Shown here: positions 39,121 through 49,652 of the stretch, in pieces
Position numbering within the stretch: position 1 is the stretch's first letter
Layout: the number at the start of each line of letters is the position of its first letter
Source of the DNA: Promethearchaeota archaeon
GTDB lineage: Archaea > Asgardarchaeota > Lokiarchaeia > Sigyniarchaeales > SOKP01
DNA: 64,000 nucleotides
Reading direction: 5' to 3'
Assembly: GCA_019058295.1 (NCBI GenBank)
Contig: JAHPZI010000030.1
Location: forward strand, 141,164-205,163
Program-made: the position numbers and the translations under genes
The notes under the pieces: model-generated
Told to the model about the DNA's origin: nothing
Seen by the model: only the letters and a program-made list of their open reading frames with translations
Databases searched by the model: none

Positions 39121-40380
39121 TTATTGCTCAAATTCATATATAAATTTTTTATGCTTTAACCCTTCTTTTATCCCTTTTCTTAAGTCTTTCTTAATTCTTC
39201 TGCCATATTTAGATAATCCGCTCTCGTCTGCGTCTTCAGATTTTTCAACAGTGCATGAACCATTTTCTTCTTTTTCTGCGTTTATTTCTTCCCAGTAAAC
39301 GATTTCTCCACGTTGATCTGAAATATATGGCATTTTCGCAAAAATACATAAATTCTTTCCTTGTTCTCCAGTATATATTGGTTCACCCTTACCGCTTTTA
39401 ATTATTTCGATGAAATGTTCGGTAGAATTAATAAAGCTATATTTCCAATCTCTTGGTAAATCCTCACCGTAAGTTTTAACCTCCCCGTTAGCATAAACAG
39501 CAATTGGAGGATATTGAGGTGATTTAGATACAAAATTACCACCAGAAGTACTTTGATTTATCCACATTATTCCCTTTGTACCGGATATCTCAATAAATTC
39601 ATCACAGTTATAATAATTTGAAGGATAATACACATTGGGAGCTAAAGAAAATTCCATTGTGCCATATTTGGGAGGGTCATCTGAATTTTTACTTGGATAT
39701 TTCCAGAAAATATTTGCCGGTGTATCCATGACACCTGTAAAATAATCTATCCAACTATAGACTTTTTCAACTCTTTCTTCATCCATTAACCAGAGGGCCA
39801 CTGAAAATTTATGTTGTCCGTCATCATAAATCCATGGACCGCCACCGCACATATCAATATTTATTCGCCATAGATAAGAATTTATCCCAAGAGGCCAACT
39901 CGGACCTCCGGTTCCGATGGTATTTATTCTAAAGTTCAAACGTTCGCCTATTATTCCCTGATCCAATAACTCTTTTGCTCTCAAATATACTGGATAAAAC
40001 CTGAAATTCTCATATAATTTTAATTTTACATTTTGTTCCTCGCAAACCTCAATCATTTTTACGCAATCGGTAATGGTGTTTGCCATTGGCTTTTGAACTG
40101 ATATACCGGGCACACCAGCATTAGCACAATATTCTGTCATAGGGTAGTGAAGGTGATGAGGCGTTAAAATTTCGACAATATCCAAATCTTCCTTATCAAC
40201 CATTTTTTTGTAATCTGTGTAAACTCTTACTTTTCTTAAATTCCACTTCTTTAATTTTTCAATTGCCTCATTTTTATCGAGATTTGCAACAGCAACTATT
40301 TCTGCGTCGTGAGAATAATAATATCCTAAATAATTCAGATCTGATATTATACCCGTACCTATTATCCCAACTCTCAACAT
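39121..40380 (-). CDS. Gfo/Idh/MocA oxidoreductase (paralogue)
   Basis: GIIGTG, PHHLH, QKPMA, YDDGQH. Confidence 0.92.
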   Translation of the reverse strand: MLRVGIIGTGIISDLNYLGYYYSHDAEIVAVANLDKNEAIEKLKKWNLRKVRVYTDYKKMVDKEDLDIVEILTPHHLHYPMTEYCANAGVPGISVQKPMANTITDCVKMIEVCEEQNVKLKLYENFRFYPVYLRAKELLDQGIIGERLNFRINTIGTGGPSWPLGINSYLWRINIDMCGGGPWIYDDGQHKFSVALWLMDEERVEKVYSWIDYFTGVMDTPANIFWKYPSKNSDDPPKYGTMEFSLAPNVYYPSNYYNCDEFIEISGTKGIMWINQSTSGGNFVSKSPQYPPIAVYANGEVKTYGEDLPRDWKYSFINSTEHFIEIIKSGKGEPIYTGEQGKNLCIFAKMPYISDQRGEIVYWEEINAEKEENGSCTVEKSEDADESGLSKYGRRIKKDLRKGIKEGLKHKKFIYEFEQ

Positions 40381-40401
40381 TTTTCAATTTAAAAAATTTT
40401 T

Positions 40402-41496
40402 TTATATTTTGATTGGATAATTTCCGAATTTTCTCCTAATATTCTGCATTGCTTCAAATCGATCCACTGTAACAGCGGGATTGATGCTATGTCCAGAACT
40501 AAAAATGTATCCTCCTCCTGGAGCTAACTCACGAATTAATCTTTTTGCGTAAGCTTCAATTTCAGAAATCTCTCCCATTGCTAACATTATTGGGCTTAAA
40601 TTACCAGCAAAAGTTATTTTATCACCATATTTCTCGTTTAATTTGAAAATATCGTATTCAGGATTAGCAGTTGTAGATTCTATAGGATTTAAGATGTCAA
40701 CACCACTTTTTATGATATCCTCGAAAATTTCCATTAAATCCCCATCAGAATGTAGCATTATTTTGCAATCACGTTTATGAGCTGCATCACATATTTGTTT
40801 TATCCACGGGAACACGTATTTTCTATAATTTCTGGGGCTCATAAATAGACCATTTTTATAACCATAATCATCCCATAAAAGGACTATTTTTGCGTCATGT
40901 TCAGCTAGAATTTTTACCATTTCAAGCGCAAAGTTACCTCGATCATCAAATACTTTTTTTGCTTGTTTAGGTCGAGCTAATAACCTGGAAAATACTTCTA
41001 ATCCAAATCCCTCCCATGTACATTCCATTAAAGAACCGGTTGCGGGAATCGAGAATACTTCATTGTTCATTTCTTTTTGGATTTTTCGTCCTAATAAGAA
41101 GTTATTCATGCGCATTTTTAAATTGGGATCTGGCTGCTTGAAACTCTCATACTCTTCAAAGTTTTTGAAATATCCGCCATGATATGCCATTATTTGCGTT
41201 CCATCTTTATATGGTTCCATTTTCATTATCCGTCCATACTCGTCTATGAATCCTCTTCCACCCTTAAGAAGTTCTCTAGGATATAGACTAACATAACTTA
41301 GAACTAAATCTATTCCAACTCTACGAGAAAACTCGTAAATGCCTTTATAACCTCCTGATAGGCGAGGATCACAACCATAATGCTTTACAATCGTATTATT
41401 TGTAAAAGCACTTTCGAAAGCAGGAACTCTATCAGGTTCTTCATGATTTACTGTGGTTAAAACTCTTTCTTGGGCATCCATTTCTAATTTTATCAT
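40402..41496 (-). CDS. Uroporphyrinogen decarboxylase / MtaA-like family protein
   Basis: EEPDRVP, WDDYG, LHSDG, GNL, GGGYIFSSGHSI. Confidence 0.88.
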   Translation of the reverse strand: MIKLEMDAQERVLTTVNHEEPDRVPAFESAFTNNTIVKHYGCDPRLSGGYKGIYEFSRRVGIDLVLSYVSLYPRELLKGGRGFIDEYGRIMKMEPYKDGTQIMAYHGGYFKNFEEYESFKQPDPNLKMRMNNFLLGRKIQKEMNNEVFSIPATGSLMECTWEGFGLEVFSRLLARPKQAKKVFDDRGNFALEMVKILAEHDAKIVLLWDDYGYKNGLFMSPRNYRKYVFPWIKQICDAAHKRDCKIMLHSDGDLMEIFEDIIKSGVDILNPIESTTANPEYDIFKLNEKYGDKITFAGNLSPIMLAMGEISEIEAYAKRLIRELAPGGGYIFSSGHSINPAVTVDRFEAMQNIRRKFGNYPIKI

Positions 41497-41518
41497 TAAT
41501 CTGTTTAATTTTTATATA

Positions 41519-42970
41519 TTAATCAGTGCCTTTATCTTGTCCATACCAATTTTTTAATGAACTTAAGAGTTGTTGAAGTTCCTCAGCATGTTTATCTTCT
41601 AAAAGAAGATCCCCTTTTGCGTCTCTTTCGATTTTTTCAAATAGCTCATCACAAATATCTGGATTATCTTTCGCGATATTAACATTCCATTCTGGATCTT
41701 TAGATAAATCAAATAATTTCTGATAATATTTATCATTTGTAGTGATTAGTGCATAGCGATCGTCTTTATATAAAGTACAAATACTAAATCCACATGTAAT
41801 ATAATCACGATCCTCTATTAATTGATCTCCATCATCAAGAAAGATTGAAAGATCTATGCCGTCGAACACTGCTGGCTTTACTTTCTTCAAAAAGCCGAAA
41901 ATAGTAGGGAGAATGTCATGATCGTAAACGTAAGATTTTTTAATTCTTTTTGGACCATTTAAATTGCCCGGGGGCTTAACCATAAGAGGAATATCTACAA
42001 GTTCTGGATACATGAACATTGGAAGTTTGCCAGTAGCATTATGTTCTCCAATACTATGTCCGTGGTCGGAAATTAAAATAATTAAAGAATCATCATATAA
42101 ACCCAAATTTTTTAATTCTTCAATGAAATAACCAAACCAATTATCGCACATTGAAACTTCTCCAGCATAAGATGCTCTCATATATTTTAACTCTCCTTCG
42201 GTAAGATATTCAATTGTCTCACTATAAACAGGTTGAACAACTTTTTTGCCTGTATAATTCTTATCAACGTATAAATCAAGATATTTATCAGGAGGATCCC
42301 AGACTTCATGCGGATCAAATTCATCAGTAACAGCCATTACATTTTTATCTTTTTTTGTATCCTTAACAAATTCGACTGTTTTTTTAAAAGTTTCCGCAGG
42401 AAAATAATCCTCTTCAGTCTTTCTATGTTGCATATTACTAAAATAGGTTTTTAACATAAAATTTTGATACGCTTTTACTAAAGGATTTTTACCCGGAACA
42501 TGTTCTTTAATTTTCTTATTTAGTTTCGCTCCCCCTTCCCTGTATCTTGCCCTTAATTTATCTTTTTCATGCCCTCTAATCCAGTTCCATTGGTGAAATC
42601 CAAGATGAAAATTCATTCCTGGTTTGAATTGGTGGTAAGTGCTAGTTATAAAAGAAGTAATATAGTTATATTTTCTCATGTATTCCGCTAAATGGGTCTG
42701 ATGTGGAGGTATTGGGTGCCATCCGGGAATTGTAACTATATCATCAGTTCTTAGTTGAGGTCGTTTATGATTAAAAGGAAAAGTACGAATTCCTGTATGT
42801 ATTGCTCTTCGAACTGGGATTGTAGGTAAAGACTCTGGATATGCATTATCAAAAATCAAACAGTCCTTAGCAAATTCATCAAAGTTTTGTGTTTGAATCC
42901 AATTATTTCCATAGGTACTCCCTGTATGATCTTTACGAAGAGTGTCAAAGATTATAACAAAAATTTTCAT
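41519..42970 (-). CDS. Sulfatase-like alkaline-phosphatase-superfamily hydrolase (Thr at the nucleophile position)
   Basis: DTLRKDH, PTIPVRRAIHTG, FDPHE, SDHG, DILPT. Confidence 0.88.
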   Translation of the reverse strand: MKIFVIIFDTLRKDHTGSTYGNNWIQTQNFDEFAKDCLIFDNAYPESLPTIPVRRAIHTGIRTFPFNHKRPQLRTDDIVTIPGWHPIPPHQTHLAEYMRKYNYITSFITSTYHQFKPGMNFHLGFHQWNWIRGHEKDKLRARYREGGAKLNKKIKEHVPGKNPLVKAYQNFMLKTYFSNMQHRKTEEDYFPAETFKKTVEFVKDTKKDKNVMAVTDEFDPHEVWDPPDKYLDLYVDKNYTGKKVVQPVYSETIEYLTEGELKYMRASYAGEVSMCDNWFGYFIEELKNLGLYDDSLIILISDHGHSIGEHNATGKLPMFMYPELVDIPLMVKPPGNLNGPKRIKKSYVYDHDILPTIFGFLKKVKPAVFDGIDLSIFLDDGDQLIEDRDYITCGFSICTLYKDDRYALITTNDKYYQKLFDLSKDPEWNVNIAKDNPDICDELFEKIERDAKGDLLLEDKHAEELQQLLSSLKNWYGQDKGTD

Positions 42971-43152
42971 AATAAGATTTTTTTCTCGTTATTTTATTAA
43001 TTTAAATTTACAGCTATAGATTTATTAAAATAAAAATTATAAATAATTTTACGAAAATAAAAATAATTTTTAATGATTCTACCATAAAGAAAGTATTAAT
43101 AAAAGATATTTATTACCTCTAATTATTAAAAAAATAATAAAAAGGTTCAAAG

Positions 43153-43938
43153 ATGTTATTACAGATACTACCACCTTCCGGTTACTCATTAAACGACATT
43201 ATATTTGATATGTTTATGATAGCAGTCTGCTACATATACGTATTCATGATGATTCTTATCCCCGTTGCGCTAAAAAAGAAAGATAAAATTTCAAAATTTA
43301 CTGCAAGGAAAATGGTTCATCTTTTTGCGGGTTTAGTTGTATTGTTTGTACCCTTTTTCATTTGGCCGATATATGCTATTTTTATCGCTTTAAGCTTAAC
43401 TCTATTGGTTTATTTTAGTTCGAAAGAAAGTAGTGTTAAACAATTAAGAGAATTATATGAAAGTATTGGAGAGGAAGCTGAGGAGAAGAGAGGACGCTTA
43501 ATGGGACCATTATATTATTGCATTTCAATAACAATATTGATTTTAGTTTTTGTTTTGCTTTCTCCTCATCAACTATATTTTCCAATTGCAGGAATTCTAA
43601 TAATGATCATTGCTGATACACTTGCTTCAGTAGTAGGAAAACGTTGGGGTAGAATTAAAATTCAACTCCCATGGACTTCTCCAAGAACCGTATTAGGTTC
43701 CGCAACTATGTTCGGTTCAGCATTTCTATTATGTCTTGGGTCTTTTTGGTATTTTGGTATTTTTATGCCACTAGCGCAGAAACCATTAACTTGGAATATT
43801 ATAATACTTTACTCGTTTATAACGGCTTTATTAGCTACAATAATTGAATTAATCTCGCCAAGCACTTTAGATGATTTAACTGTCCCAATTGGTACAACGA
43901 TAATAATTTACCTTTTAACTTTAATATACTATTTGTAA
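43153..43938 (+). CDS. CTP-dependent polyprenol (dolichol/phytol) kinase family membrane protein
   Basis: ARKMVH, GPLYY, ADTLASVVGKRWG, RTVLGS, DDLTVP. Confidence 0.85.
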   Translation: MLLQILPPSGYSLNDIIFDMFMIAVCYIYVFMMILIPVALKKKDKISKFTARKMVHLFAGLVVLFVPFFIWPIYAIFIALSLTLLVYFSSKESSVKQLRELYESIGEEAEEKRGRLMGPLYYCISITILILVFVLLSPHQLYFPIAGILIMIIADTLASVVGKRWGRIKIQLPWTSPRTVLGSATMFGSAFLLCLGSFWYFGIFMPLAQKPLTWNIIILYSFITALLATIIELISPSTLDDLTVPIGTTIIIYLLTLIYYL

Positions 43939-43977
43939 ATTCTTAATTTTTTTTATTTTTTAATTATTAACAAGAAA

Positions 43978-45396
43978 ATGGAAAGTTTACAAAAATCTTT
44001 TGATGTAATTGTTGTTGGAGCCGGTACCGGAGGAACTACTGCTGCTAGATTTTCTGCTCAAAATGGATTAGACGTTTGTCTTATTGATAGAAAAGAAAGA
44101 AGTCAGATCGGGAATAAAATATGTGGTGATGCTGTTGGTACTGAGATTTTTGATATTTTAAATATAAACCATCCTAAGGAAAATGAGCTCTCTTGTCGTA
44201 TAAATGGAGCAAAATTATATTCTCCCAATTTAAATAAATGCATAACCTTAACTGACCCTAAACAAGCAGGTTATGAAATAAATAGGTTAGAATTTGGGCA
44301 AAGATTATTAAATGAAGCTCTCGATGCTGGTGTTAAACAATTTTTAGATAACACTATCGCTTTAGATTTACTTTACAAAGATAATTCTGTCTCGGGTTTA
44401 AAAATACGAGTGAAAAACGGTGAAAAAATAGATCTTAACTCTAAGATAATAATAGATGCGAGTGGATTCTATTCTCCTTTAAGAAAAGAAATAAAAAGCT
44501 CAATTATCGAAAAAGAAATTTCAAAAGAAGATTGTATTTTATGTTATCGAGAAATTGTGAAATTTAATCCCCAAGATCAACAAGTTAACGATCCTGAATA
44601 CATTACTATTATACTGGATCAAGAAAAAGCACCAGGCGGATATATTTGGTATTTTCCTAAGAACGAATCTTCGGTCAATATTGGCTTAGGTATGTTTATG
44701 GATTATAAAGGTCAAGTAAAAGAATACTACCAAAAAAATGTGTTTAATGAGTTTATAAAGACTAAGAATTATGAAGTAATTTCCACAGGAGGGGATGTTG
44801 CTCCCGTAAGAAGACCACTTTGGTCGTGTGCTGACAATGGGATCATGTTTGTAGGGGATGCTGCTTGCCATGTCAATCCTCTTCATGGCGGAGGGATAGA
44901 TCCTTCAATGAGAGCTGGCTATTATGCTGCTTTGACAGCCTTAGATGCAATTCAAAATGATGATTATTCTATAAAGAAGTTGTGGGAATATAATTGTAAG
45001 ATTATTAATAGTTTTGGAGCAGAGTTTGCTTCTCTCGATTTATTAAGGATTGTCTTACAAAAACTTTCAAACGAATCTTTAAATTTTGGTTTAGAAAAAG
45101 ATTTATTATCTGGTGATGAGATATTGGAAATTGCTTCAACCGGGGGTATTAAATTATCTATTATGGATATGCTATCGAAAGCAATTAAAGGTATTTCTAA
45201 TCCAAAATTATTATTAGATTTAAATTATCTTCGTATTAAAATGAACGATCTCCGAAGCCATTATAAAAACTTTCCAAAAAATATTGAAGAAATTAGTGAA
45301 TTTGACGCTTGGAAAGAACATACTAAAAATATTTATAACAAAATAAAATTTACATCATTTGGTAAGAATATACATAAAGAAAATAAAAATATCTAA
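43978..45396 (+). CDS. Digeranylgeranylglycerophospholipid reductase (GGR)
   Basis: GAGTGG, KICGD, PGGYIWYFP, GDAA..VNPLHGGGI. Confidence 0.9.
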   Translation: MESLQKSFDVIVVGAGTGGTTAARFSAQNGLDVCLIDRKERSQIGNKICGDAVGTEIFDILNINHPKENELSCRINGAKLYSPNLNKCITLTDPKQAGYEINRLEFGQRLLNEALDAGVKQFLDNTIALDLLYKDNSVSGLKIRVKNGEKIDLNSKIIIDASGFYSPLRKEIKSSIIEKEISKEDCILCYREIVKFNPQDQQVNDPEYITIILDQEKAPGGYIWYFPKNESSVNIGLGMFMDYKGQVKEYYQKNVFNEFIKTKNYEVISTGGDVAPVRRPLWSCADNGIMFVGDAACHVNPLHGGGIDPSMRAGYYAALTALDAIQNDDYSIKKLWEYNCKIINSFGAEFASLDLLRIVLQKLSNESLNFGLEKDLLSGDEILEIASTGGIKLSIMDMLSKAIKGISNPKLLLDLNYLRIKMNDLRSHYKNFPKNIEEISEFDAWKEHTKNIYNKIKFTSFGKNIHKENKNI

Positions 45397-45409
45397 AAAA
45401 GTGTAATTC

Positions 45410-46228
45410 ATGGTCAATATCTTACTGGATGAATCCTCAACAAACACCTACGAGTATATCATAAATAAACTAAATAATGATGGAGCTCTTCATTTTTCCT
45501 TAATTGATCCAGATCCAATCCGACAAGGTCCTATTGACGCAGCAAAAATGGCGAAACTTGCTGTAGATGCTGGGACAGACGCAATATTAATCGGAGGAAG
45601 TACTGCTTTCGATCAACGATTAGTTGAAGATACAATTTCAGCAATTAAAGAAAAAGTAGCTGTACCAATTATTATCTTCCCTGGAAGTATTGCTAATGTA
45701 TCATCAAAAGCTGATGCTATCCTTTTTATGTCTATATTAAACTCAACAGATCCCTATTTTATAATAGGTCAGCAAGCTATTGGTTCTTATACTGTTAAGC
45801 TGGCAAATCTTGAACAGATATCAACTGCTTATTTAATAATCGAGCCTGGTGGAACCGCAGGGTGGATCAGTAATGCGAAATTATTACCTAGAAAAAAGCC
45901 AAAATTAACTGCCGCTTACTCTTTAGCTGCAGAAATGTTTGGTTTTAAATTAATATATTTGGAAGCTGGTTCTGGCAGTGAGAGTATTCCTCCAGAAATC
46001 TTAAAATTATGCAAAAAAGTTATAAAGATTCCTATTATTGCTGGTGGAGGTATTCAAACTAAAGAAGACGCAAGAATATTAGTCAAAGCGGGTGCCGATA
46101 TTATTGTTATGGGAACTTTCTTAGAAACTAATATTTTAAACGATAATGGAGCGTCTTTAAAAGTAATAATTGATGAAATTAAAGACGAAGGCAAAAGAGT
46201 TTCTTCTAAAAAGAATTTCAAAAAATAA
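45410..46228 (+). CDS. Geranylgeranylglyceryl phosphate synthase
   Basis: SLIDPD, IGGST, IFPG, YLEAGSG, GGGI. Confidence 0.93.
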   Translation: MVNILLDESSTNTYEYIINKLNNDGALHFSLIDPDPIRQGPIDAAKMAKLAVDAGTDAILIGGSTAFDQRLVEDTISAIKEKVAVPIIIFPGSIANVSSKADAILFMSILNSTDPYFIIGQQAIGSYTVKLANLEQISTAYLIIEPGGTAGWISNAKLLPRKKPKLTAAYSLAAEMFGFKLIYLEAGSGSESIPPEILKLCKKVIKIPIIAGGGIQTKEDARILVKAGADIIVMGTFLETNILNDNGASLKVIIDEIKDEGKRVSSKKNFKK

Positions 46229-46336
46229 GATATATTTATATTATTCATTTTTAAATAAAGCTCTCTTTATTTCTATTATTTGAAATTTGATTGAATCGAA
46301 ATAATTAAAATATAGCAAATTTTCATTAATTTACTC

Positions 46337-47239
46337 ATGGAAAATTCAACAATTAAACCGAAAAAAAGCTTCTTAGCTGGCAGTATTATAATAATGAGAC
46401 CCGTAAATTGTCTTATGGGATCTCTTACTGTCATAATAGGTCTTTTAAACACGCGCACAGGAATTCCATTTGACATTTTATTAATTAACATTATTTTAGG
46501 AATATTTACATATTTTTTTATTGCCGGTTCTGGAATGATTATTAATGACGTTTACGATGTTGAAATTGACAAAATAAATAGACCTGAGAGACCAATCCCG
46601 AGTGGCTCAGTAAGCTTAACACAGGCCAAGGTATTATTCTTTTTAACGCTTGGTATAGGCGTAATGATATCGATTATTCACAGTTTAATATTTTCGTTAG
46701 GCGTTGTTAACATAATATTGGCAATCTTCTTTGGTTTTATTGGATGGCTTTATTCCGCTTGGGGAAAGAAACAAGGATTTATTGGCAATATAATCGTTAG
46801 CATTTCATTTTCTATAGGGCTTATTTATGGAGCAGTCTTAAATAGTTTAGCTATTCCCATTTATATCTATTTCTTCTTTTTGACTTCATTTTTCTTATTA
46901 CTCTCTCGTGAAATTATTAAGGGTTGTGAGGATATTGAAGGCGATAAAACTAAGGGTGTTAAAACTTTAGCAATTAAACTTGGAACTAAAAAAGCAATCA
47001 TTTTTTCATTATTATTTGAAATTTTAGCAGTTATCTTTTTTATTTTGCCTCTGTTTACAAATATTATAAATCCAATTCTATTCATTATTTTCATGAGTTT
47101 TGGATTAATAGCTGTAATTTTTGCGATAGTTCTCTCATTGCGCAAAAATTTAGAAAGAAAAGATTTTAAAAAAATAAGTTTAATACTAAAAGTAGGGGCG
47201 TTTCTTGGATTAATTGCCTTTATTTTTGCGAGTCTCTAA
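46337..47239 (+). CDS. Digeranylgeranylglyceryl phosphate synthase (UbiA family)
   Basis: RPVN, NDVYDVEIDKINRPERPIPSG, REIIKGCEDIEGD. Confidence 0.92.
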   Translation: MENSTIKPKKSFLAGSIIIMRPVNCLMGSLTVIIGLLNTRTGIPFDILLINIILGIFTYFFIAGSGMIINDVYDVEIDKINRPERPIPSGSVSLTQAKVLFFLTLGIGVMISIIHSLIFSLGVVNIILAIFFGFIGWLYSAWGKKQGFIGNIIVSISFSIGLIYGAVLNSLAIPIYIYFFFLTSFFLLLSREIIKGCEDIEGDKTKGVKTLAIKLGTKKAIIFSLLFEILAVIFFILPLFTNIINPILFIIFMSFGLIAVIFAIVLSLRKNLERKDFKKISLILKVGAFLGLIAFIFASL

Positions 47240-47258
47240 TTTACTCCCTCATTGATAT

Positions 47259-48680
47259 TTATTTCTTTAATACTTCTAAAATTTCATTAAAATCTTTTTT
47301 TAAAATTAGCGATTTTAACCTATTCTTACTCTTCAAATCTATTTTAACGATTGGGAAAGTCTCAATTAATCCTCTTACTTGAGTCAAACCTAAATACTTT
47401 CTAGTATATTCTGCATTAGAATATTTGTATGTTGTTAAAAATTCACTATCTAAGTTTTCTCTAAAATATTCTAATATAAAATTGAAATAGTCCTTTAATA
47501 GCATTTGATCTTCAATTGAAATTTGAGGCTCTAAAAAAATTTGTATAGGATGTGTACGATAAGTATTAGAGGACACATAAATCCCTTTTACATCAAAATC
47601 TTCTGCTATTATACCAAGCCCAACTCGACCTTCAATTGAACCTTTATCTACAGTTTGAACGTACAATATATTTGATTCGATTATTTCTTTTAACACATCA
47701 TCTACTTGGAGATTTAGCCTTTTATATTGATTATTTCTATATTTATTTGCATCAATAACAGTAATTTGATTAGTTCCTTTATTTTTTGCCACTTCTTCTT
47801 TTAATAAATAATATTTTACTTTTAATGGATTACGTGTCCGATAATTCTCAAGGAACTCGTCAAATTCAGAACCGGCACGATATTTGAATTTTGGATTTAA
47901 TATGTAATTTTTGGATATTAAATCTTCTTGATTTTTAATTTTTACTCCGTTAAATTCTATTGGCTCAACTTTGGGATCTTTTTTTCTTTTAAAAAAGCCA
48001 ATACAAATATTCGTTCCTGTGAATTCGAATATTTTTGTTTCAAATATAACCATTTTAAGAATTTTATAATATTTCAAAAAATCTAGTCGAAATTTATTAG
48101 AGACTGACGCTCCAAATAAAAAGTTAGAGGGAATAATATATATTAGGTTTTCAATGTTATTTCTTAAATCATTAATCATGGCAATTTGATATAAATCCTG
48201 ATAACCATCATTCTCAGCTTTGAAGTATTTAAAATATTTTTGAGTTTCTTTATGCTTCCTAATATATCCTAAATATAAATAAGGAGGATTTGTAACGTGG
48301 AAAATAGGAAATTCATTATTTTTCAGAAATTCGGGAAAGTTTTCCAAGTTATCACGCACCTTTATATTTTTTTTTGCTATTTCAATAGGGATCCCGTATG
48401 AATTAGCGTTTTTAACACACTTATGTACCATCTCAGCCTGAACATCAAATAGATAAATATGATTTTCAAAAAAATTTTCTCTCTCTTCTGCTGATATTTC
48501 ATTTAAAATAGGTAAAAGTAAATTTCCCTCTCCAGCATATAAATCAATCCAAATATACTCATTTAATTTATCTTTTATTTCTGGAAAAATATATTTTAAA
48601 AAAATATCAACCGAAGTAAGATGAACGCCTAAAGCTCGTCGGTCTTTTTTATCTATATTTAATTTGCTTTTTTTAACCAT
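47259..48680 (-). CDS. Orphan amino (probably N6-adenine) DNA methyltransferase
   Basis: LGVHLT, WIDLYAGEGNL motif I, TNPPY motif IV, YIIPSNFL. Confidence 0.82.
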   Translation of the reverse strand: MVKKSKLNIDKKDRRALGVHLTSVDIFLKYIFPEIKDKLNEYIWIDLYAGEGNLLLPILNEISAEERENFFENHIYLFDVQAEMVHKCVKNANSYGIPIEIAKKNIKVRDNLENFPEFLKNNEFPIFHVTNPPYLYLGYIRKHKETQKYFKYFKAENDGYQDLYQIAMINDLRNNIENLIYIIPSNFLFGASVSNKFRLDFLKYYKILKMVIFETKIFEFTGTNICIGFFKRKKDPKVEPIEFNGVKIKNQEDLISKNYILNPKFKYRAGSEFDEFLENYRTRNPLKVKYYLLKEEVAKNKGTNQITVIDANKYRNNQYKRLNLQVDDVLKEIIESNILYVQTVDKGSIEGRVGLGIIAEDFDVKGIYVSSNTYRTHPIQIFLEPQISIEDQMLLKDYFNFILEYFRENLDSEFLTTYKYSNAEYTRKYLGLTQVRGLIETFPIVKIDLKSKNRLKSLILKKDFNEILEVLKK

Positions 48681-48821
48681 ATATATAAAAATAAATCTCT
48701 TTTTTATTTCAAGTATTCTACGAGAAAAAAAGCTAATTTTATTACTTTTTTTTTACAGAATATGTGTTATATAATCTCAAATTTTTTTAACTTAAAACCA
48801 ATTATATTCAATAGAATATAG

Positions 48822-49652
48822 ATGAATTTGTCAAAAAATCTTGAAGCTAAACTTGAAAGGCTTATATCATCTCTAAAAAATAAAAAAGTAATAGTAGCCT
48901 TCTCAGGAGGTGTGGATAGTACACTTTTAGCTTTTCTTTCAAAAAAATATGCAAAAGATACTTTACTTGTTACTGAGCATTCTATTCTTTATCCTGAAGA
49001 AGAAATTGAGTTAACAAGTAAATTTGCCCTAAAGTATGATATATCTCAAATTATTCTTGAACGAAATCCTTTAAATGATGAAGATTTTAAATTAAATCCA
49101 GTAAATCGTTGTTATATTTGTAAAAAAGGATTATATAACGAGATACTCGAAATTAGAGATGATTTTGATTTTGATATAATTTTTGATGGTTCAAATTTTG
49201 ATGATCTTCAAGATTTCAGGCCCGGATTACAAGCCTTAAAAGAATTAGATATTTTTACACCATATATCGAATTTAAAATTAATAAACAAGAAATAAGAGA
49301 AATTTGTAAATATTATAATTTAGATGTCCAATCTAAACCTTCAATGGCATGTTTCTCTTCTCGAATCCCTTACAATCAAGTCATAAATGAGAAAAAATTA
49401 AATTTAATTAGAGAAGGTGAAAGATTTTTAAAGCAAACCTTTAATTTAAAGCAATTGAGAGTACGAGTTCACGATGAAAGTCTAGCACGCATTGAATTCC
49501 TAAAATCTGATTTGCCAGAAATTTTAACCAAGGAAAACCTACAAAAAATCAAAAATAAATTTAAAGATCTTGGCTTTAGTTATGTTACTATAGATATTGA
49601 AGGTTTTCGTTCTGGTTCTATGAATGAAGTATTATTTCTTCAGGAAGAATAA
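48822..49652 (+). CDS. larE: ATP-dependent sulfur transferase, LarE family
   Basis: AFSGGVDS PP-loop, RCYICK, DFRPG, ACFSSR, RVRVH, GFRSGSMN. Confidence 0.9.
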   Translation: MNLSKNLEAKLERLISSLKNKKVIVAFSGGVDSTLLAFLSKKYAKDTLLVTEHSILYPEEEIELTSKFALKYDISQIILERNPLNDEDFKLNPVNRCYICKKGLYNEILEIRDDFDFDIIFDGSNFDDLQDFRPGLQALKELDIFTPYIEFKINKQEIREICKYYNLDVQSKPSMACFSSRIPYNQVINEKKLNLIREGERFLKQTFNLKQLRVRVHDESLARIEFLKSDLPEILTKENLQKIKNKFKDLGFSYVTIDIEGFRSGSMNEVLFLQEE

